Part shown: positions 9,976 through 22,128 of the stretch, one piece after another | Layout of the letters: every line of letters starts with the position of its first letter | How positions within the stretch are numbered: position 1 is the first letter of the stretch | Made by a program: the position numbers and the translations under genes | The notes under the pieces: model-generated | Databases searched by the model: none | Told to the model about the DNA's origin: nothing | The model's input: the letters and a program-made list of their open reading frames with translations, nothing else | Origin: an uncultured Bacteroidales bacterium | GTDB taxonomy: Bacteria > Bacteroidota > Bacteroidia > Bacteroidales > UBA932 | Reading direction: 5' to 3' | NCBI GenBank assembly: GCA_946187865.1 | Contig: CAMHST010000003.1 | Span: forward strand, 9,458 to 73,457 | DNA: 64,000 nt

Positions 9976-10060
9976 GCCCGGATGGCGGAATTGGTAGACG
10001 CGCTGGACTCAAAATCCAGTATCCCTTAAAGATGTACGGGTTCGATTCCCGTTCTGGGCA
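9976..10060 (+). tRNA. tRNA-Leu(CAA)
   Basis: GCCCGGATGGCGGAATTGGTAGACGCG CTGGA-CTCAAAA-TCCAG, long variable arm, GGTTCGATTCCC, acceptor TCTGGGC-A. Confidence 0.96.
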
Positions 10061-10061
10061 C

Positions 10062-10100
10062 ACAAAAAAGCATCGCGTTTGCGATGCTTTTTTGGTGCCC
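10062..10100. terminator. Bidirectional intrinsic terminator
   Basis: AAAAAAGCATCGC-GTTT-GCGATGCTTTTTT between converging tRNA-Leu and the DUF418 gene. Confidence 0.8.
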
Positions 10101-10205
10101 ATTGTCTTCGACTTACGGGGGAAGACTCCCCCGACACCCCCTCCTGTCGCTTCGCTCCGACCTGTTCTTTCATTGCGATGCTTTTTTGGTGCCCAATACC
10201 TTGGC

Positions 10206-11363
10206 TTAGGCGGACTTGTTGCTGCCTATCCAGGTGAGCTTGCGCCAGAGGGTTTCCAGCGGCCCGCGCTGGTGTTTCTTGGACCACTGGTACAGAAGGA
10301 CGATCTGCAACACGACGATGGCAATCCCCACCAGCAGCGACCAGGTGGTGCCCAACACTTTGTACATCCCCAGCCCCCAGCCGTAGAAGACTGCACAGCC
10401 CAGCACCGAAGAGAACAGGTAGTTGGTCAGGGACATCCGGCCGAAGAAACAGATATGCGACAGCCCCTTGCGGAAGCCCGCGAAAGCGTACCAGAGCAGG
10501 ACCACGCCGGACACAATAAACAGCAGGATGGCCAGATTGAACAGCGGGTGCAGCAGGCTGTCCAGCTTGCCGAAGTTTACGTCGCCGTTCCCGGCGGCGC
10601 CGAAGATAACGCCCGCGGCCACGAGTACGGTGGAGACAACACAGACAATCCGCCAGATTTTCAAGTGGTTCCCTTCGTTGTAGAAAAGCCGGAGACGGCC
10701 GAACAGGAGCCCCAGGAAAAACAGGCCGATGGTCTGCGTGATGCGTCCCTTCATCAGGAACCAATACCAGGAGGCGAAGAAGCCGCAGCGCAGACTGGCC
10801 GCAGCCGACTCCAGGAAAGAGCCTTCGGCATTGGCCGGCCCCATCTCCGTATAATACTTCATCATCGGGGAGACATCCGGTTTCCAGCCTGTAAACAGGC
10901 CGTAAATCTCCAGCGGCTGAATGAGCAGGAAAAGGGTCACCGCCCACAGCGCCGGCGTACTCAGATACCCCGCCGGAATCAGCAGCAGGCCCATCAGGGC
11001 ATAAAAAGTAAGGATATCGCCGTTATAGAAGACCAGATTCAGCAGGCCGAATCCGAAAAGCAGCACCATGCGCCAGGCAAAGCGGAGGGAGAAGTCCTTC
11101 CCCTTCTGCTCCTGGTTGTCCCGCATGATAAAAAAGCTGAGGCCGAACAACAAGGCGAAAATGCCGTACATCTTGCCCGACAGCAATACGGTGAGAATGT
11201 TGAACATGGCACCGTCTATCGGCAGTGATAACGGGAGCTCGCGCGGAGAGCCCAGGTTAAAGTGCTCCACGGCGTGATAGAGGATAATGCCGACCACGGC
11301 GATGCCCCGCAGGGCGTCCGCCACTTCGATCCGGCTGTTTTTCAGTCCTTGTGTCTTGTACAT
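10206..11363 (-). CDS. DUF418/YeiB-family membrane protein
   Basis: RIEVADALRGIA, FALLFGLSF, GDILTFYAL, GRMSLTNYL, GPLE.LWRKLTW. Confidence 0.9.
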   Translation of the reverse strand: MYKTQGLKNSRIEVADALRGIAVVGIILYHAVEHFNLGSPRELPLSLPIDGAMFNILTVLLSGKMYGIFALLFGLSFFIMRDNQEQKGKDFSLRFAWRMVLLFGFGLLNLVFYNGDILTFYALMGLLLIPAGYLSTPALWAVTLFLLIQPLEIYGLFTGWKPDVSPMMKYYTEMGPANAEGSFLESAAASLRCGFFASWYWFLMKGRITQTIGLFFLGLLFGRLRLFYNEGNHLKIWRIVCVVSTVLVAAGVIFGAAGNGDVNFGKLDSLLHPLFNLAILLFIVSGVVLLWYAFAGFRKGLSHICFFGRMSLTNYLFSSVLGCAVFYGWGLGMYKVLGTTWSLLVGIAIVVLQIVLLYQWSKKHQRGPLETLWRKLTWIGSNKSA

Positions 11364-11455
11364 AGTAAAGCAGGTTGCAGATGGACAAAAGTACAAAAAC
11401 TTTTTTCATCCGGCAACCTGCCTGTATGGAATTCTGCCCGAAAGGGAGGAAACGG

Positions 11456-13612
<2,157 letters not shown>

Positions 13613-13757
13613 AATGTTGTTCTCCTTTTTGTCCGGTGCGGATATTCCCGCCGCCGGGCAATCCTGTTTCTTCAATCTCCGTTCCCTTTGCCCAAAACTG
13701 ACAAAATGGCAGATTACCGTTTCACGTAAGCCAAATTATTTGTAACTTTGCAGAACT

Positions 13758-14960
13758 ATGGATTTGCAAGCCTTAAAAAACAAATACGACATCATCGGCA
13801 ACGACCCCGCCCTGAACGAAGCCCTGGAGACGGCGGTGAAATTCGCACCCACCGGCCTCAGCGTCCTTATCCAGGGAGAGAGCGGCGTGGGCAAGGAGAG
13901 TTTCGCCCGCATCATCCATCAGTACAGCACCCGCCGGCAGGGAAGCTTTTTCGCCGTGAACTGCGGCGCCTTGCCCCGCGAACTGGTGAACTCGGAACTC
14001 TTCGGCCATGTGAAAGGCTCTTTCACCGGCGCGGTAGACTCCCGGAAAGGCTACTTCGAAGAGGCTGACGGCGGCACGCTTTTCCTGGACGAGATAGCGG
14101 AGCTTCCGCTGGAGTCCCAGGCGCTGCTGCTGCGGGTGCTGCAAAGCGGAGAATACCGGAAGGTGGGCTCCAACAAGGTGGAACACACGGACGTCCGCAT
14201 CGTGGCCGCCACCAACGTACACCTGTACGAGGCCGTCAAGCGGGGCAAGTTCCGCGAAGACCTGTACTTCCGCCTGAGCGCCGCCCAGATCCGCATTCCG
14301 CCCCTGCGGGAACGGAAATCGGACATCTACCTGCTGTTCCGCAAATTCACGTCGGACTTCTCGGAGGTGAACGGCATGTGCAAGATCAGCCTGCGTCCAG
14401 ACGCCATCCGCCTGCTGGAGCAATACCGCTGGCCGGGCAACATCCGCCAGCTGCAGGGTTTCACCCAGTCCCTCACGGCCCAGGTGTCGGTCAAAGTCAC
14501 CCCTACACTCCAGCGGATAGAGCTGGACGCACAGGACCTGCTTCCGCTGATGCCCCGCGAAGAAGGGGAACCCATCCCCGCTCTGTATGAAGGGCCGCAG
14601 CCTGCCGGGCAAGCCTTCAACGCCGACGAGCGCCAGGCCATTTTCAAAGCCATCTTCGACCTGAAACAGGAAGTGGACGCCCTCAAGGCCCGCATAGACC
14701 GCCGGGAACTCCCGCCTCCCCCCGCAGAAGAGCCCCAGGAAGCGGAATGGCAGGGCCAGGAAAGCTTTGCGCCGCAGCATCCGCTGGTGCACGTGGAAGA
14801 ATCCCGGGAACACAGCCTGTCCCTGCGCAAGTCGGAAGAGGAACTCATCCGCCAGGCCCTGGAAAAACACGACGGCAACCGCAAGAAGGCCGCCGAGGAA
14901 CTGGGCATGAGCGAACGCACCTTATACCGGAAACTGCCCCCGGAGTATCGGAAGAAATGA
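13758..14960 (+). CDS. Sigma-54-interacting AAA+ regulator with Fis HTH and no sensory domain
   Basis: GESGVGKE, ELFGHVKGSFTGA, FLDEI, FREDLYFRL, WPGNIRQL, GMSERTLYRK. Confidence 0.93.
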   Translation: MDLQALKNKYDIIGNDPALNEALETAVKFAPTGLSVLIQGESGVGKESFARIIHQYSTRRQGSFFAVNCGALPRELVNSELFGHVKGSFTGAVDSRKGYFEEADGGTLFLDEIAELPLESQALLLRVLQSGEYRKVGSNKVEHTDVRIVAATNVHLYEAVKRGKFREDLYFRLSAAQIRIPPLRERKSDIYLLFRKFTSDFSEVNGMCKISLRPDAIRLLEQYRWPGNIRQLQGFTQSLTAQVSVKVTPTLQRIELDAQDLLPLMPREEGEPIPALYEGPQPAGQAFNADERQAIFKAIFDLKQEVDALKARIDRRELPPPPAEEPQEAEWQGQESFAPQHPLVHVEESREHSLSLRKSEEELIRQALEKHDGNRKKAAEELGMSERTLYRKLPPEYRKK

Positions 14961-15454
14961 AACGGTTATTTGTCATACTGATTACGGCCCTGCTGGTGGC
15001 TTCCTGTGGAATCTATTCTTTCACAGGTACTTCCATCCAGCCGGATGTGAGAACCATCACCATTCCCTACATCGAGAACAAGGCCCAGCGGGTCAATCCC
15101 GCCCTGTCCAACGACCTCACGGAGGCCGTGCAGGAGAAGTTCCGCAAGCTCACCCGCCTGGAGCAGGTAGATGTAGACGGAGACCTGGAACTGATCTGCG
15201 AAATCACCGGCTACGACGTAAAAGCCACCGCCATGACCGCCGACGAGCAGGCTGCCCAGAACCGCCTCACCGTGTCGGTGAAAGTGGAGTTCACCAATCG
15301 CAAATATCCGGAAGACAACGTGAGCAGCTCCTTCAGCGCCTACGAAGATTTCGATGCAACCCAGTCGCTGGATGCCGTGGAAAGCGGCATCTGCGAATCC
15401 ATCATAGAAAAGCTGGTGGAAGATATTTTCAACGCAACCGTAGCACAATGGTAG
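14957..15454 (+). CDS. LptE-family lipoprotein
   Basis: MKRLFVILITALLVASC-GIYSFTGTSI lipobox; C-terminal LVEDIFNATVAQW; usual Bacteroidetes context. Confidence 0.8.
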   Translation: MKRLFVILITALLVASCGIYSFTGTSIQPDVRTITIPYIENKAQRVNPALSNDLTEAVQEKFRKLTRLEQVDVDGDLELICEITGYDVKATAMTADEQAAQNRLTVSVKVEFTNRKYPEDNVSSSFSAYEDFDATQSLDAVESGICESIIEKLVEDIFNATVAQW

Positions 15455-16035
15455 GTTCTTCTTTCATAGACATCCACACCCTTACCCTGGACGAACTGGC
15501 CGGGGTGGTGAACCTGTACCCCTGGTACGGCGCGGCCCGTGTGGAACTTTGCCGAAGGATGCAGGAAACCGGCGGAGACGCCTGGGGCGAACAGCAATAC
15601 GCCCTGGAAGCGCTGTATGTGGCAGACCGCCGCAAAATCGCAGACCTCTCCCGCCGCGGCCGCGAGGCAGACTACTCCGACAAAGACGTCCAGGCCATCC
15701 TCTCCTCCTTCATGACTCCCCCCCAGGCCGACACCGCCCAGGAGCACCAGGTGCGGGTGGTGGGCGGAGACTATTTCTCCCAGTCGCAGTACGACAATGT
15801 CCGGCGCGGCGAAGACAATATCTTCACCCGGTTCGCCTCCAAGGGCCGGCCGGAAGAAGATCCGGAAGGCGGGGCCGGCAGCGAAATCGCAGACCGTTTC
15901 GCCACGGAAACCTTGGCCAAAATCTTTGCCGAACAGGGCCGTCCGGAGGAAGCCCGACGCATTTATTCCCGTCTGGTTTTGGATATTCCGGAAAAAAGTG
16001 CTTACTTTGCATCCCTTATTGACGAATTGAATTAA
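15448..16035 (+). CDS. Conserved TPR-like hypothetical protein
   Basis: YPW near N-terminus, FATETLAKIFAEQG...PEKSAYFA C-terminus; lies between lptE and secG. Confidence 0.75.
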   Translation: MVGSSFIDIHTLTLDELAGVVNLYPWYGAARVELCRRMQETGGDAWGEQQYALEALYVADRRKIADLSRRGREADYSDKDVQAILSSFMTPPQADTAQEHQVRVVGGDYFSQSQYDNVRRGEDNIFTRFASKGRPEEDPEGGAGSEIADRFATETLAKIFAEQGRPEEARRIYSRLVLDIPEKSAYFASLIDELN

Positions 16036-16047
16036 AAAGTTAACCAT

Positions 16048-16443
16048 ATGAACGCAGCATTCACTGTACTGATTGTCCTCATTATCATTGCGGCTATCCT
16101 TCTGATCGCCGTCGTCCTCCTGCAGAACGGCAAGGACGGCGGGCTCGCTACCAACTTCACCTCCGCCAACCAGACCCTGGGCGTACGCCAGACGGCCACC
16201 ATCCTGGAAAAGGCCACCTGGTACCTGGTAGCTTTCATCCTGGTCCTGTCCATCGTCACCGTATTCGTGGGCCGCGGCAACACCCAGCGCGGTTCCAACG
16301 ACGCCGTGAGCTCGGAAATCCTGAACCAGATCGAAGCCGCTTCCCCGGAAGCTCCGGCCTTCCCGCTCCCTCAGGAGAACCCCGAGGCCGCTCCCGCAGA
16401 TGCCCAGGCCGCTCCCGCTGAAGCCCCGGCAGAGTCCAATTAA
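16048..16443 (+). CDS. secG: Preprotein translocase subunit SecG
   Basis: VLLQNGKDGGLA..F, LEKATW, 2 TM segments. Confidence 0.93.
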   Translation: MNAAFTVLIVLIIIAAILLIAVVLLQNGKDGGLATNFTSANQTLGVRQTATILEKATWYLVAFILVLSIVTVFVGRGNTQRGSNDAVSSEILNQIEAASPEAPAFPLPQENPEAAPADAQAAPAEAPAESN

Positions 16444-16469
16444 AGACACACCGTTCATAACCCTTCCGT

Positions 16470-16505
16470 AGCCGCTTGCTCCCGCAGCAGGCGGCTGTTG
16501 TTGTG
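16470..16505 (+). terminator. Putative terminator after secG
   Basis: AGCCGCTTGCT-N5-AGCAGGCGGCT hairpin followed by a T/G-rich tract. Confidence 0.5.
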
Positions 16506-16586
16506 TTATTCCGCCCTATGACCATCTTTTGGATTTGTGCGGACAACTTGTTATATTTGTGAATCGGAAAACAAAATAGCTACTAT

Positions 16587-18230
16587 ATGAAAAAATCATT
16601 GAAACTCTTTGCCCTTGCCGCCATGGTACTGGCCGCATCGTGCGCTTCTCCCGAAAAAATGGCCAAGATGGCCGACAGCGTCAAAGTCAGCTGCAACCCC
16701 TCCGTCCTGGAAGTGGTAAACGGCCAGATCTTTGCCACCGTCACCGCTGAATGCCCCAAAGATTACTTCAATCCCAAAGTGATAGTGGAGGTAACGCCCG
16801 TGATCGTGTACGACGGTGGAGAAGCCGCCATGAAGCCCTTCAAGTATCAGGGAGACAAAGTCAAAGACAATTACCGTGTGGTCTCCTCCAAGGGCCAGAC
16901 CATCACCGAACAGCTCAAGTTCGACTATGTGGAAGGCATGGAAAAATGCTTCCTGGAGCTGCGCAGCCGCGTTATCGCCGGTTCCAAGAGCATCGCCCTC
17001 CCCACCCGGAAAGTGGCCGACGGTGCCAACACCACCTACATGCTGGTCAAGCGCCAGGGAGACCTCTCCTTCAAGAAAGACGCCTATAAGGAGATCATCA
17101 CCAGCACCGCCGAAGGCCAGATCAAATATCTGGTGAACAGCTCGGAGGTTCGCGGTTCGGAGCTCAAGGGCGCTTCCGTGAAGGACTTCCAGGCCGCCCT
17201 GGATGCCATCGCCCGGGACGAGCGCGCCACCATCACCGGAACGGAAATCGTGGCCTATGCTTCTCCGGAAGGCGATGAAGGCAAGAACAACAAGCTCTCC
17301 GGCGCCCGTTCCGCATCGGCCAACAAAGTATGGGGCCAGGTGACCAAGGGCGTGGAAACCGCCAACCCGGACGTTAAGAGCGTAGGTGAAGACTGGGAAG
17401 GCTTCCAGCAGCTGGTGGCCGAATCCGACATCGAGGACAAAGACCTCATCCTCCGCGTCCTGTCCATGTACAGCGATCCCGCCGTGCGCGAGAACGAAAT
17501 CCGCAATATGTCCCAGGTGTACACCGCCCTCAAGGGAGAGGTGCTGCCGGAACTCCGCCGCGCCCGCCTTATCGCCAATGTAGAGTATAAGAACTACACC
17601 AACGAAGAACTCCTGCAGCTGCTGGACCAGAATGCCGACATCCTGGACGAGGAAGCCCTCCTGCGGGTCGCCTCCGTGGTCAACGATTTCGGCAAGAAGG
17701 AAGACATCTACAAGAAGGCCGTGGAGCGCTACGGCTCCGACCGCGCCCAGTACAACCTGGCCGTGACCTATCTGTCCCAGGGCAAGGACGCCCAGGGTGA
17801 GCAGGCCCTTGCCAAAGTAAAGGCCAACGACGCCGACGTCCTCAACGCCAAGGGTGTGATCGCCCTGCGCAATGAAGACCTGGATACGGCAGAAAGCCTG
17901 TTCCGCAAGGCCGGCAACGCCGACGGAAAAGCCAACCTGGGTATTGTCCAAATCCTGACCGGCCGTTATGAAGAGGCCGCCGAGACCCTCAAGGACAAGG
18001 AAGGCTGCTGCAACAACAAGGTCCTGGCCTATATCCTCACCAATCAGCTGGAGAAGGCCGCTGAATCGGCACACTGCCGCGACACCCGTGTCCAGTACCT
18101 GAAGGCCATCATCTGCGCCCGCCAGGGCGATGCAGACGGCGTGAAGGAGAACCTGGAGCGCGCCTTTACCTCCGAGCAGTGGAAAGAGCGTGCCGCCCGC
18201 GACATCGAGTTCGCCGGTTATGCGTTTTAA
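16587..18230 (+). CDS. Lipoprotein with OmpA-like central domain and C-terminal TPRs
   Basis: LAASC lipobox, AYASPEG..N..LS..R, GEDWEGF, TPR-like helices. Confidence 0.75.
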   Translation: MKKSLKLFALAAMVLAASCASPEKMAKMADSVKVSCNPSVLEVVNGQIFATVTAECPKDYFNPKVIVEVTPVIVYDGGEAAMKPFKYQGDKVKDNYRVVSSKGQTITEQLKFDYVEGMEKCFLELRSRVIAGSKSIALPTRKVADGANTTYMLVKRQGDLSFKKDAYKEIITSTAEGQIKYLVNSSEVRGSELKGASVKDFQAALDAIARDERATITGTEIVAYASPEGDEGKNNKLSGARSASANKVWGQVTKGVETANPDVKSVGEDWEGFQQLVAESDIEDKDLILRVLSMYSDPAVRENEIRNMSQVYTALKGEVLPELRRARLIANVEYKNYTNEELLQLLDQNADILDEEALLRVASVVNDFGKKEDIYKKAVERYGSDRAQYNLAVTYLSQGKDAQGEQALAKVKANDADVLNAKGVIALRNEDLDTAESLFRKAGNADGKANLGIVQILTGRYEEAAETLKDKEGCCNNKVLAYILTNQLEKAAESAHCRDTRVQYLKAIICARQGDADGVKENLERAFTSEQWKERAARDIEFAGYAF

Positions 18231-18239
18231 CGTACTGCC

Positions 18240-19052
18240 GTGAAAAGCAGTACCCATCTGGTAGACATCATCTTCTGCATCCTTGTGCTGCCGGGGATGA
18301 TGTTCCTTTTTCCTGTCGGGGAATGGGCCCAGTGGCATCCCGCCTACGTGTTGGGATACGCCGGGTGGCTGTATGGCGTCTATTTCCTGTGCCGGGGCGT
18401 GCTGGGACGCTTGCTGCTGAACGGTTTCCGCGGGCTCTGGACAGCCGCCGGCGCCCTGTTCCTGATTGGGGCCGTCACCTTTGTCATGTCCTGGGCCAAA
18501 GTGGATTTCCCGCGTGACGCGGACACCATCTCCGGCCGGATGGAGCTGCACCAGCGGGCCATGTGGGTGCTGCTCGCCGCAGATGTTTTCGTGGGGATGG
18601 TCATCGGCTATTATACGGAACGGCTTAAGGCCCAGTCGGCCTCACACGAAGCCTCTGCCGCCCTGGACAATGCCCGCTCGTCGCTGTACAAACGCAGCTT
18701 CGATGCCGTGGCCGACGAAGAGATCCTCCTCAAGAGCGATTACAAAACCGTCCATGTCCCCTTGTCGGCCATCCAGTACATCGAATCCCGCAACAATTAC
18801 TCCTGCGTGCATCTGGACCACCAGGAAGACGTGGTGTCGCAGATTACCTTGAAAAAGGTGATGGAGCTGCTTCCGGAAGGGAAGTTCGTGCGCATCCACC
18901 GCTCCTATATTGTGCCGGTGTGGCGTATCGAATCCAAGACCGGCACCGCCGTGCAGCTGATGGGCGTCAAGGATCCCCTGCCTGTGGGCCGCGCATTCAA
19001 AGACAGTCTTAAAGAACCGGAAGAAACTGAGAATGAAGGAGAAGAAAGCTAA
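18240..19052 (+). CDS. Membrane-anchored LytTR-family regulator
   Basis: 4 TM segments followed by IQYIES.NNY, FVRIHRSYIV, LPVGR. Confidence 0.85.
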   Translation: MKSSTHLVDIIFCILVLPGMMFLFPVGEWAQWHPAYVLGYAGWLYGVYFLCRGVLGRLLLNGFRGLWTAAGALFLIGAVTFVMSWAKVDFPRDADTISGRMELHQRAMWVLLAADVFVGMVIGYYTERLKAQSASHEASAALDNARSSLYKRSFDAVADEEILLKSDYKTVHVPLSAIQYIESRNNYSCVHLDHQEDVVSQITLKKVMELLPEGKFVRIHRSYIVPVWRIESKTGTAVQLMGVKDPLPVGRAFKDSLKEPEETENEGEES

Positions 19053-20364
19053 ACAAGACTTTTTTGCCACTCGCTCCACGTCCTGGTGGATGGTGGCGCT
19101 GGCCATGATCGGCTCCTGCATGTCGGGGGTTACGTTTGTGTCCGTGCCGGGAATGGTGGCGGCCTCCGGATTCGGCTACCTGCAAATGTGCATGGGCTTT
19201 TTCCTGGGGTATCTGGTCATTGCGTTCGTGCTTACGCCGCTGTATTTCAAGCTGGGCGTGGTTTCCATCTACCAATACCTGGAACAGCGCTTCGGCATCA
19301 GTTCCTACAAAACCGGCGCCTGGTTCTTCTTCATTTCCAAGATGCTGGGGGCCTCGGTGCGCCTGTTTTTGGTCTGCGCCACCCTGCAGCTGCTGGTGGC
19401 CGGGCCGATGGGGATCCCGTTCTGGGTTACCGTCGTGCTGTCGGTGTTCCTGGTTTGGCTGTACACGTTCCGGGGCGGCGTGAAATCCGTCATCTGGGTG
19501 GACATGGTCAAAACCCTTTGCATGCTGGTCACCGTGGGGCTGTGCCTGGTGCTGATCGGCCGGGAAGTGGGCGCCTGGGACCATTCCCTATCGCGGGTGT
19601 TCTATTTCGACGACGTAAACCATCCGCAGTTCTTTGTGAAGCAGCTGCTCGGGGGCCTGTTTACGGTGATTGCCACCACGGGGCTGGACCAGGACATGAT
19701 GCAGCGCACGCTGGCCTGCAAAAACGTGCGGGATTCCCAGAAGAACCTGGTGGTTTCCAGTCTCTTACAGATTGTGGTGATTGCGCTTTTCCTGGTGCTG
19801 GGCGTGTTCCTGTACCAGTTTGCCGCCCTGCATGGCATCCAGGAAAAAGGGGACGCCCTGTTCCCTGCCGTGGCCTGCTCGTCCTTCCTGCCGCCCGTGG
19901 TGGGCGTGCTGTTTGTGGCCGGCCTTATTGCCGCCGGTTTCCCCGCCGGGGGATCGGCCCTGACGGCGCTTACTACATCTTTCACCGTAGATATCCTGGG
20001 CGGCCTTAAACGGGCCGACTCCGACCGCCTGCGCCGCTGGGTGCATGTGGGCATGGCCGTGGGTATGGTCGTGTGCATCCTGGTATTCAGCGCCTTGAAC
20101 TCCACCAGCACCATCGACGCCGTTTACCGTCTGGCCAGCTACACGTACGGACCGCTGCTGGGTTTGTTCTTCTTCGGAATCCTGAGCAAACGGGAGGTGC
20201 GGGACCGCTGGGTGCCGGTGGTTTGCATCCTGGCGCCGGTGCTTTGCCTGGTCCTGGACCTGAACAGCGAGCGCTGGTTCGGCGGTTATCACTTTAGTTA
20301 TGAGCTGCTTCTGCTCAATGCCGGGTTTACTGCCCTGGGGCTTCTGCTGCTTAGAAAACGATGA
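19033..20364 (+). CDS. Sodium:solute symporter
   Basis: SGVTFVSVPG, SIYQYLEQRFG, GGVKSVIWVD, GLDQDMMQR. Confidence 0.92.
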   Translation: MKEKKAKQDFFATRSTSWWMVALAMIGSCMSGVTFVSVPGMVAASGFGYLQMCMGFFLGYLVIAFVLTPLYFKLGVVSIYQYLEQRFGISSYKTGAWFFFISKMLGASVRLFLVCATLQLLVAGPMGIPFWVTVVLSVFLVWLYTFRGGVKSVIWVDMVKTLCMLVTVGLCLVLIGREVGAWDHSLSRVFYFDDVNHPQFFVKQLLGGLFTVIATTGLDQDMMQRTLACKNVRDSQKNLVVSSLLQIVVIALFLVLGVFLYQFAALHGIQEKGDALFPAVACSSFLPPVVGVLFVAGLIAAGFPAGGSALTALTTSFTVDILGGLKRADSDRLRRWVHVGMAVGMVVCILVFSALNSTSTIDAVYRLASYTYGPLLGLFFFGILSKREVRDRWVPVVCILAPVLCLVLDLNSERWFGGYHFSYELLLLNAGFTALGLLLLRKR

Positions 20365-21347
20365 AAGCTCCATTCCTGGCCTTGCTTCTGCTGTTTTCCA
20401 TGGGTTGTGCCCAGGGACAGGACAGTCCGCGTCCCATCAAGCTTACTCCGCTGCCGCAGACGCGTGTCGCCATTCCTCCCGGGCAATATTCCGGAATCAG
20501 CCACGTAGGCGGCAGGCAGTATGTAGTGGTGCATGACAAGGCCTCCGGCGGCGGCATCTTTTCGTTTACCATCCCGCTAGACTCGCTGGGCGGAATCAGC
20601 ACGGTGCTCGCCGCTCAGCTGCCGGCCAATGCCCGGGGAGAGAAAGGCCTGGACAACGAGGACATCGTTTATGTTCCGGAGCGGAAGTCGCTGTTCGTGG
20701 TGTCGGAAACCACGCAGAGTATCCGGGAATACGGCCTTGACGGAAAACCCACCGGCGTACAGTTGGAGGTGCCGGAAATGTTTGACCGGAAGGCCATTGT
20801 GCCCGGGAAGGGTTTCGAGTCCCTGGCCTACAATGCCGGCACCGGGCTCTTCTGGACCACCACCGAGCAGCCCCTGCAGGCCGACTCCCTCTATCGCCTG
20901 CAAAGTTTTTCCGCCGCCACCCTGAAAGCCGGGGAGCAGTATCTTTACCGGGCAGAAGCGCAGACGGTTACGCCGGAAGCGGCGGCATCGGCCCGGGCCT
21001 ATGTCCTGGGAATTCCGGCCATCACAGCCCTGGACGACGGCCGCCTGCTGGTGATGGAACGGGAGGTGTATGTGCCACAAGGGCTCAGCGCCATGCTCAC
21101 GGAGTCGTTCAGCATCACTTCCCTGTTCGAAGTGGATCCGGTGCGCTGCAAGTCCCCCGTGCTGGAAAAGAAGAAACTCCTCAGTTTCAATACTTTCTCC
21201 CTGAACCTGGCCGACTTCGAAGGCATGTGTCTGGGGCCCGTACTCCCGGACGGCCGGCAGGTGCTCATGCTCCTGGCCGACTCCCAGGACGGGATGGGCG
21301 GCCTGATCGGCGAGTACCTGAAGGTTGTGCTGCTGGAGTACGATTAA
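20361..21347 (+). CDS. Phytase-like esterase (beta-propeller), exported
   Basis: QYSGI, DNEDI, GFESLA, LVMERE, DFEGMCLGPVLPDGRQ. Confidence 0.8.
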   Translation: MKAPFLALLLLFSMGCAQGQDSPRPIKLTPLPQTRVAIPPGQYSGISHVGGRQYVVVHDKASGGGIFSFTIPLDSLGGISTVLAAQLPANARGEKGLDNEDIVYVPERKSLFVVSETTQSIREYGLDGKPTGVQLEVPEMFDRKAIVPGKGFESLAYNAGTGLFWTTTEQPLQADSLYRLQSFSAATLKAGEQYLYRAEAQTVTPEAAASARAYVLGIPAITALDDGRLLVMEREVYVPQGLSAMLTESFSITSLFEVDPVRCKSPVLEKKKLLSFNTFSLNLADFEGMCLGPVLPDGRQVLMLLADSQDGMGGLIGEYLKVVLLEYD

Positions 21348-21370
21348 AAATACCACTTTTTCCCGTATCG

Positions 21371-21401
21371 TTTGCGAATTGACAAAAAATTGGTAACTTT
21401 G
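21371..21401 (+). promoter_or_regulatory. Bacteroidetes -33/-7 promoter for tRNA-Ser
   Basis: TTTG-N19-TAACTTTG. Confidence 0.7.
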
Positions 21402-21439
21402 CAGTCCCGTCCCATGTGACGGATTTCAGGACAATCCCC

Positions 21440-21528
21440 GGAGAGGTGGGTGAGTGGCTGAAACCAGCAGTTTGCTAAACTGCCGTACGGGTTATTCTGT
21501 ACCACGAGTTCGAATCTCGTCCTCTCCG
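21440..21528 (+). tRNA. tRNA-Ser(GCT)
   Basis: GGAGAGGTGGGTGAGTGGCTGAAACCA GCAGT-TTGCTAA-ACTGC, long variable arm, GTTCGAATC, CCTCTCC-G. Confidence 0.96.
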
Positions 21529-21541
21529 CACAAACTGATTT

Positions 21542-21573
21542 CAGCCGGTTGCACCAGCAACTGGCTGTTTTTG
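21542..21573 (+). terminator. Terminator after tRNA-Ser
   Basis: CAGCCGGTTGC-ACCA-GCAACTGGCTG-TTTTT. Confidence 0.75.
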
Positions 21574-21761
21574 TGTGCGCTGGACGGGAGCTTACTCCCA
21601 GGACAGCGCAAGCGCAGCGCAGCGGAATCTCGCCTCCCGGACACCCCTGCCCTCCCCGTCAAATCCACGGGGTACGTCGCGTTTCACGTTTTGCCCCGTT
21701 TTCGCGTTGCGCCATAACCATCGCCATAACCATAAAGGCACGGGAAGAGAGTGCGTGAAGG

Positions 21762-21921
21762 ATTGGGAGAGGTCTGGCCGATATTTGGGAGAGGTGGTAT
21801 TTTGGGGGGCATACCTCTCCCGTGAAATCGGCCTTACAATACGGTGAGAGGCCATTTCGATGGGAGAGGTCCAAGCAAAAATAACGCACCTCTCCCAAAA
21901 GTAACAACCACCTCTCCCAAT
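21762..21921. repeat. 160-bp nested palindromic (MITE/REP-like) element
   Basis: Terminal ATTGGGAGAGGT / ACCTCTCCCAAT; three GGGAGAGGT and three ACCTCTCCC copies arranged symmetrically. Confidence 0.8.
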
Positions 21922-21933
21922 AACGGCATTACA

Positions 21934-22091
21934 GCCATGTTGCAAGGCAAATCACCACGCAACAGCGCTCTAGAGCGATCGGCCTGGCAACACGGCAAGG
22001 AAAACGACCAACGAGCCAGAAACCGGTGCCATGTTGCAAGACGAATCGCTCAACAACAACGCTCCAAGGCCAATCGGCCTGGCAACACGGC
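21934..22091. repeat. Two tandem GCCATGTTGC...GCAACACGGC palindromic units
   Basis: Units at 21934-21996 and 22028-22091; relatives at 28077-28133 and (degenerate) about 32150-32205. Confidence 0.8.
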
Positions 22092-22128
22092 ATTCCGGCG
22101 CTTATCGGCAGGTGCGAAAATAAGCATT

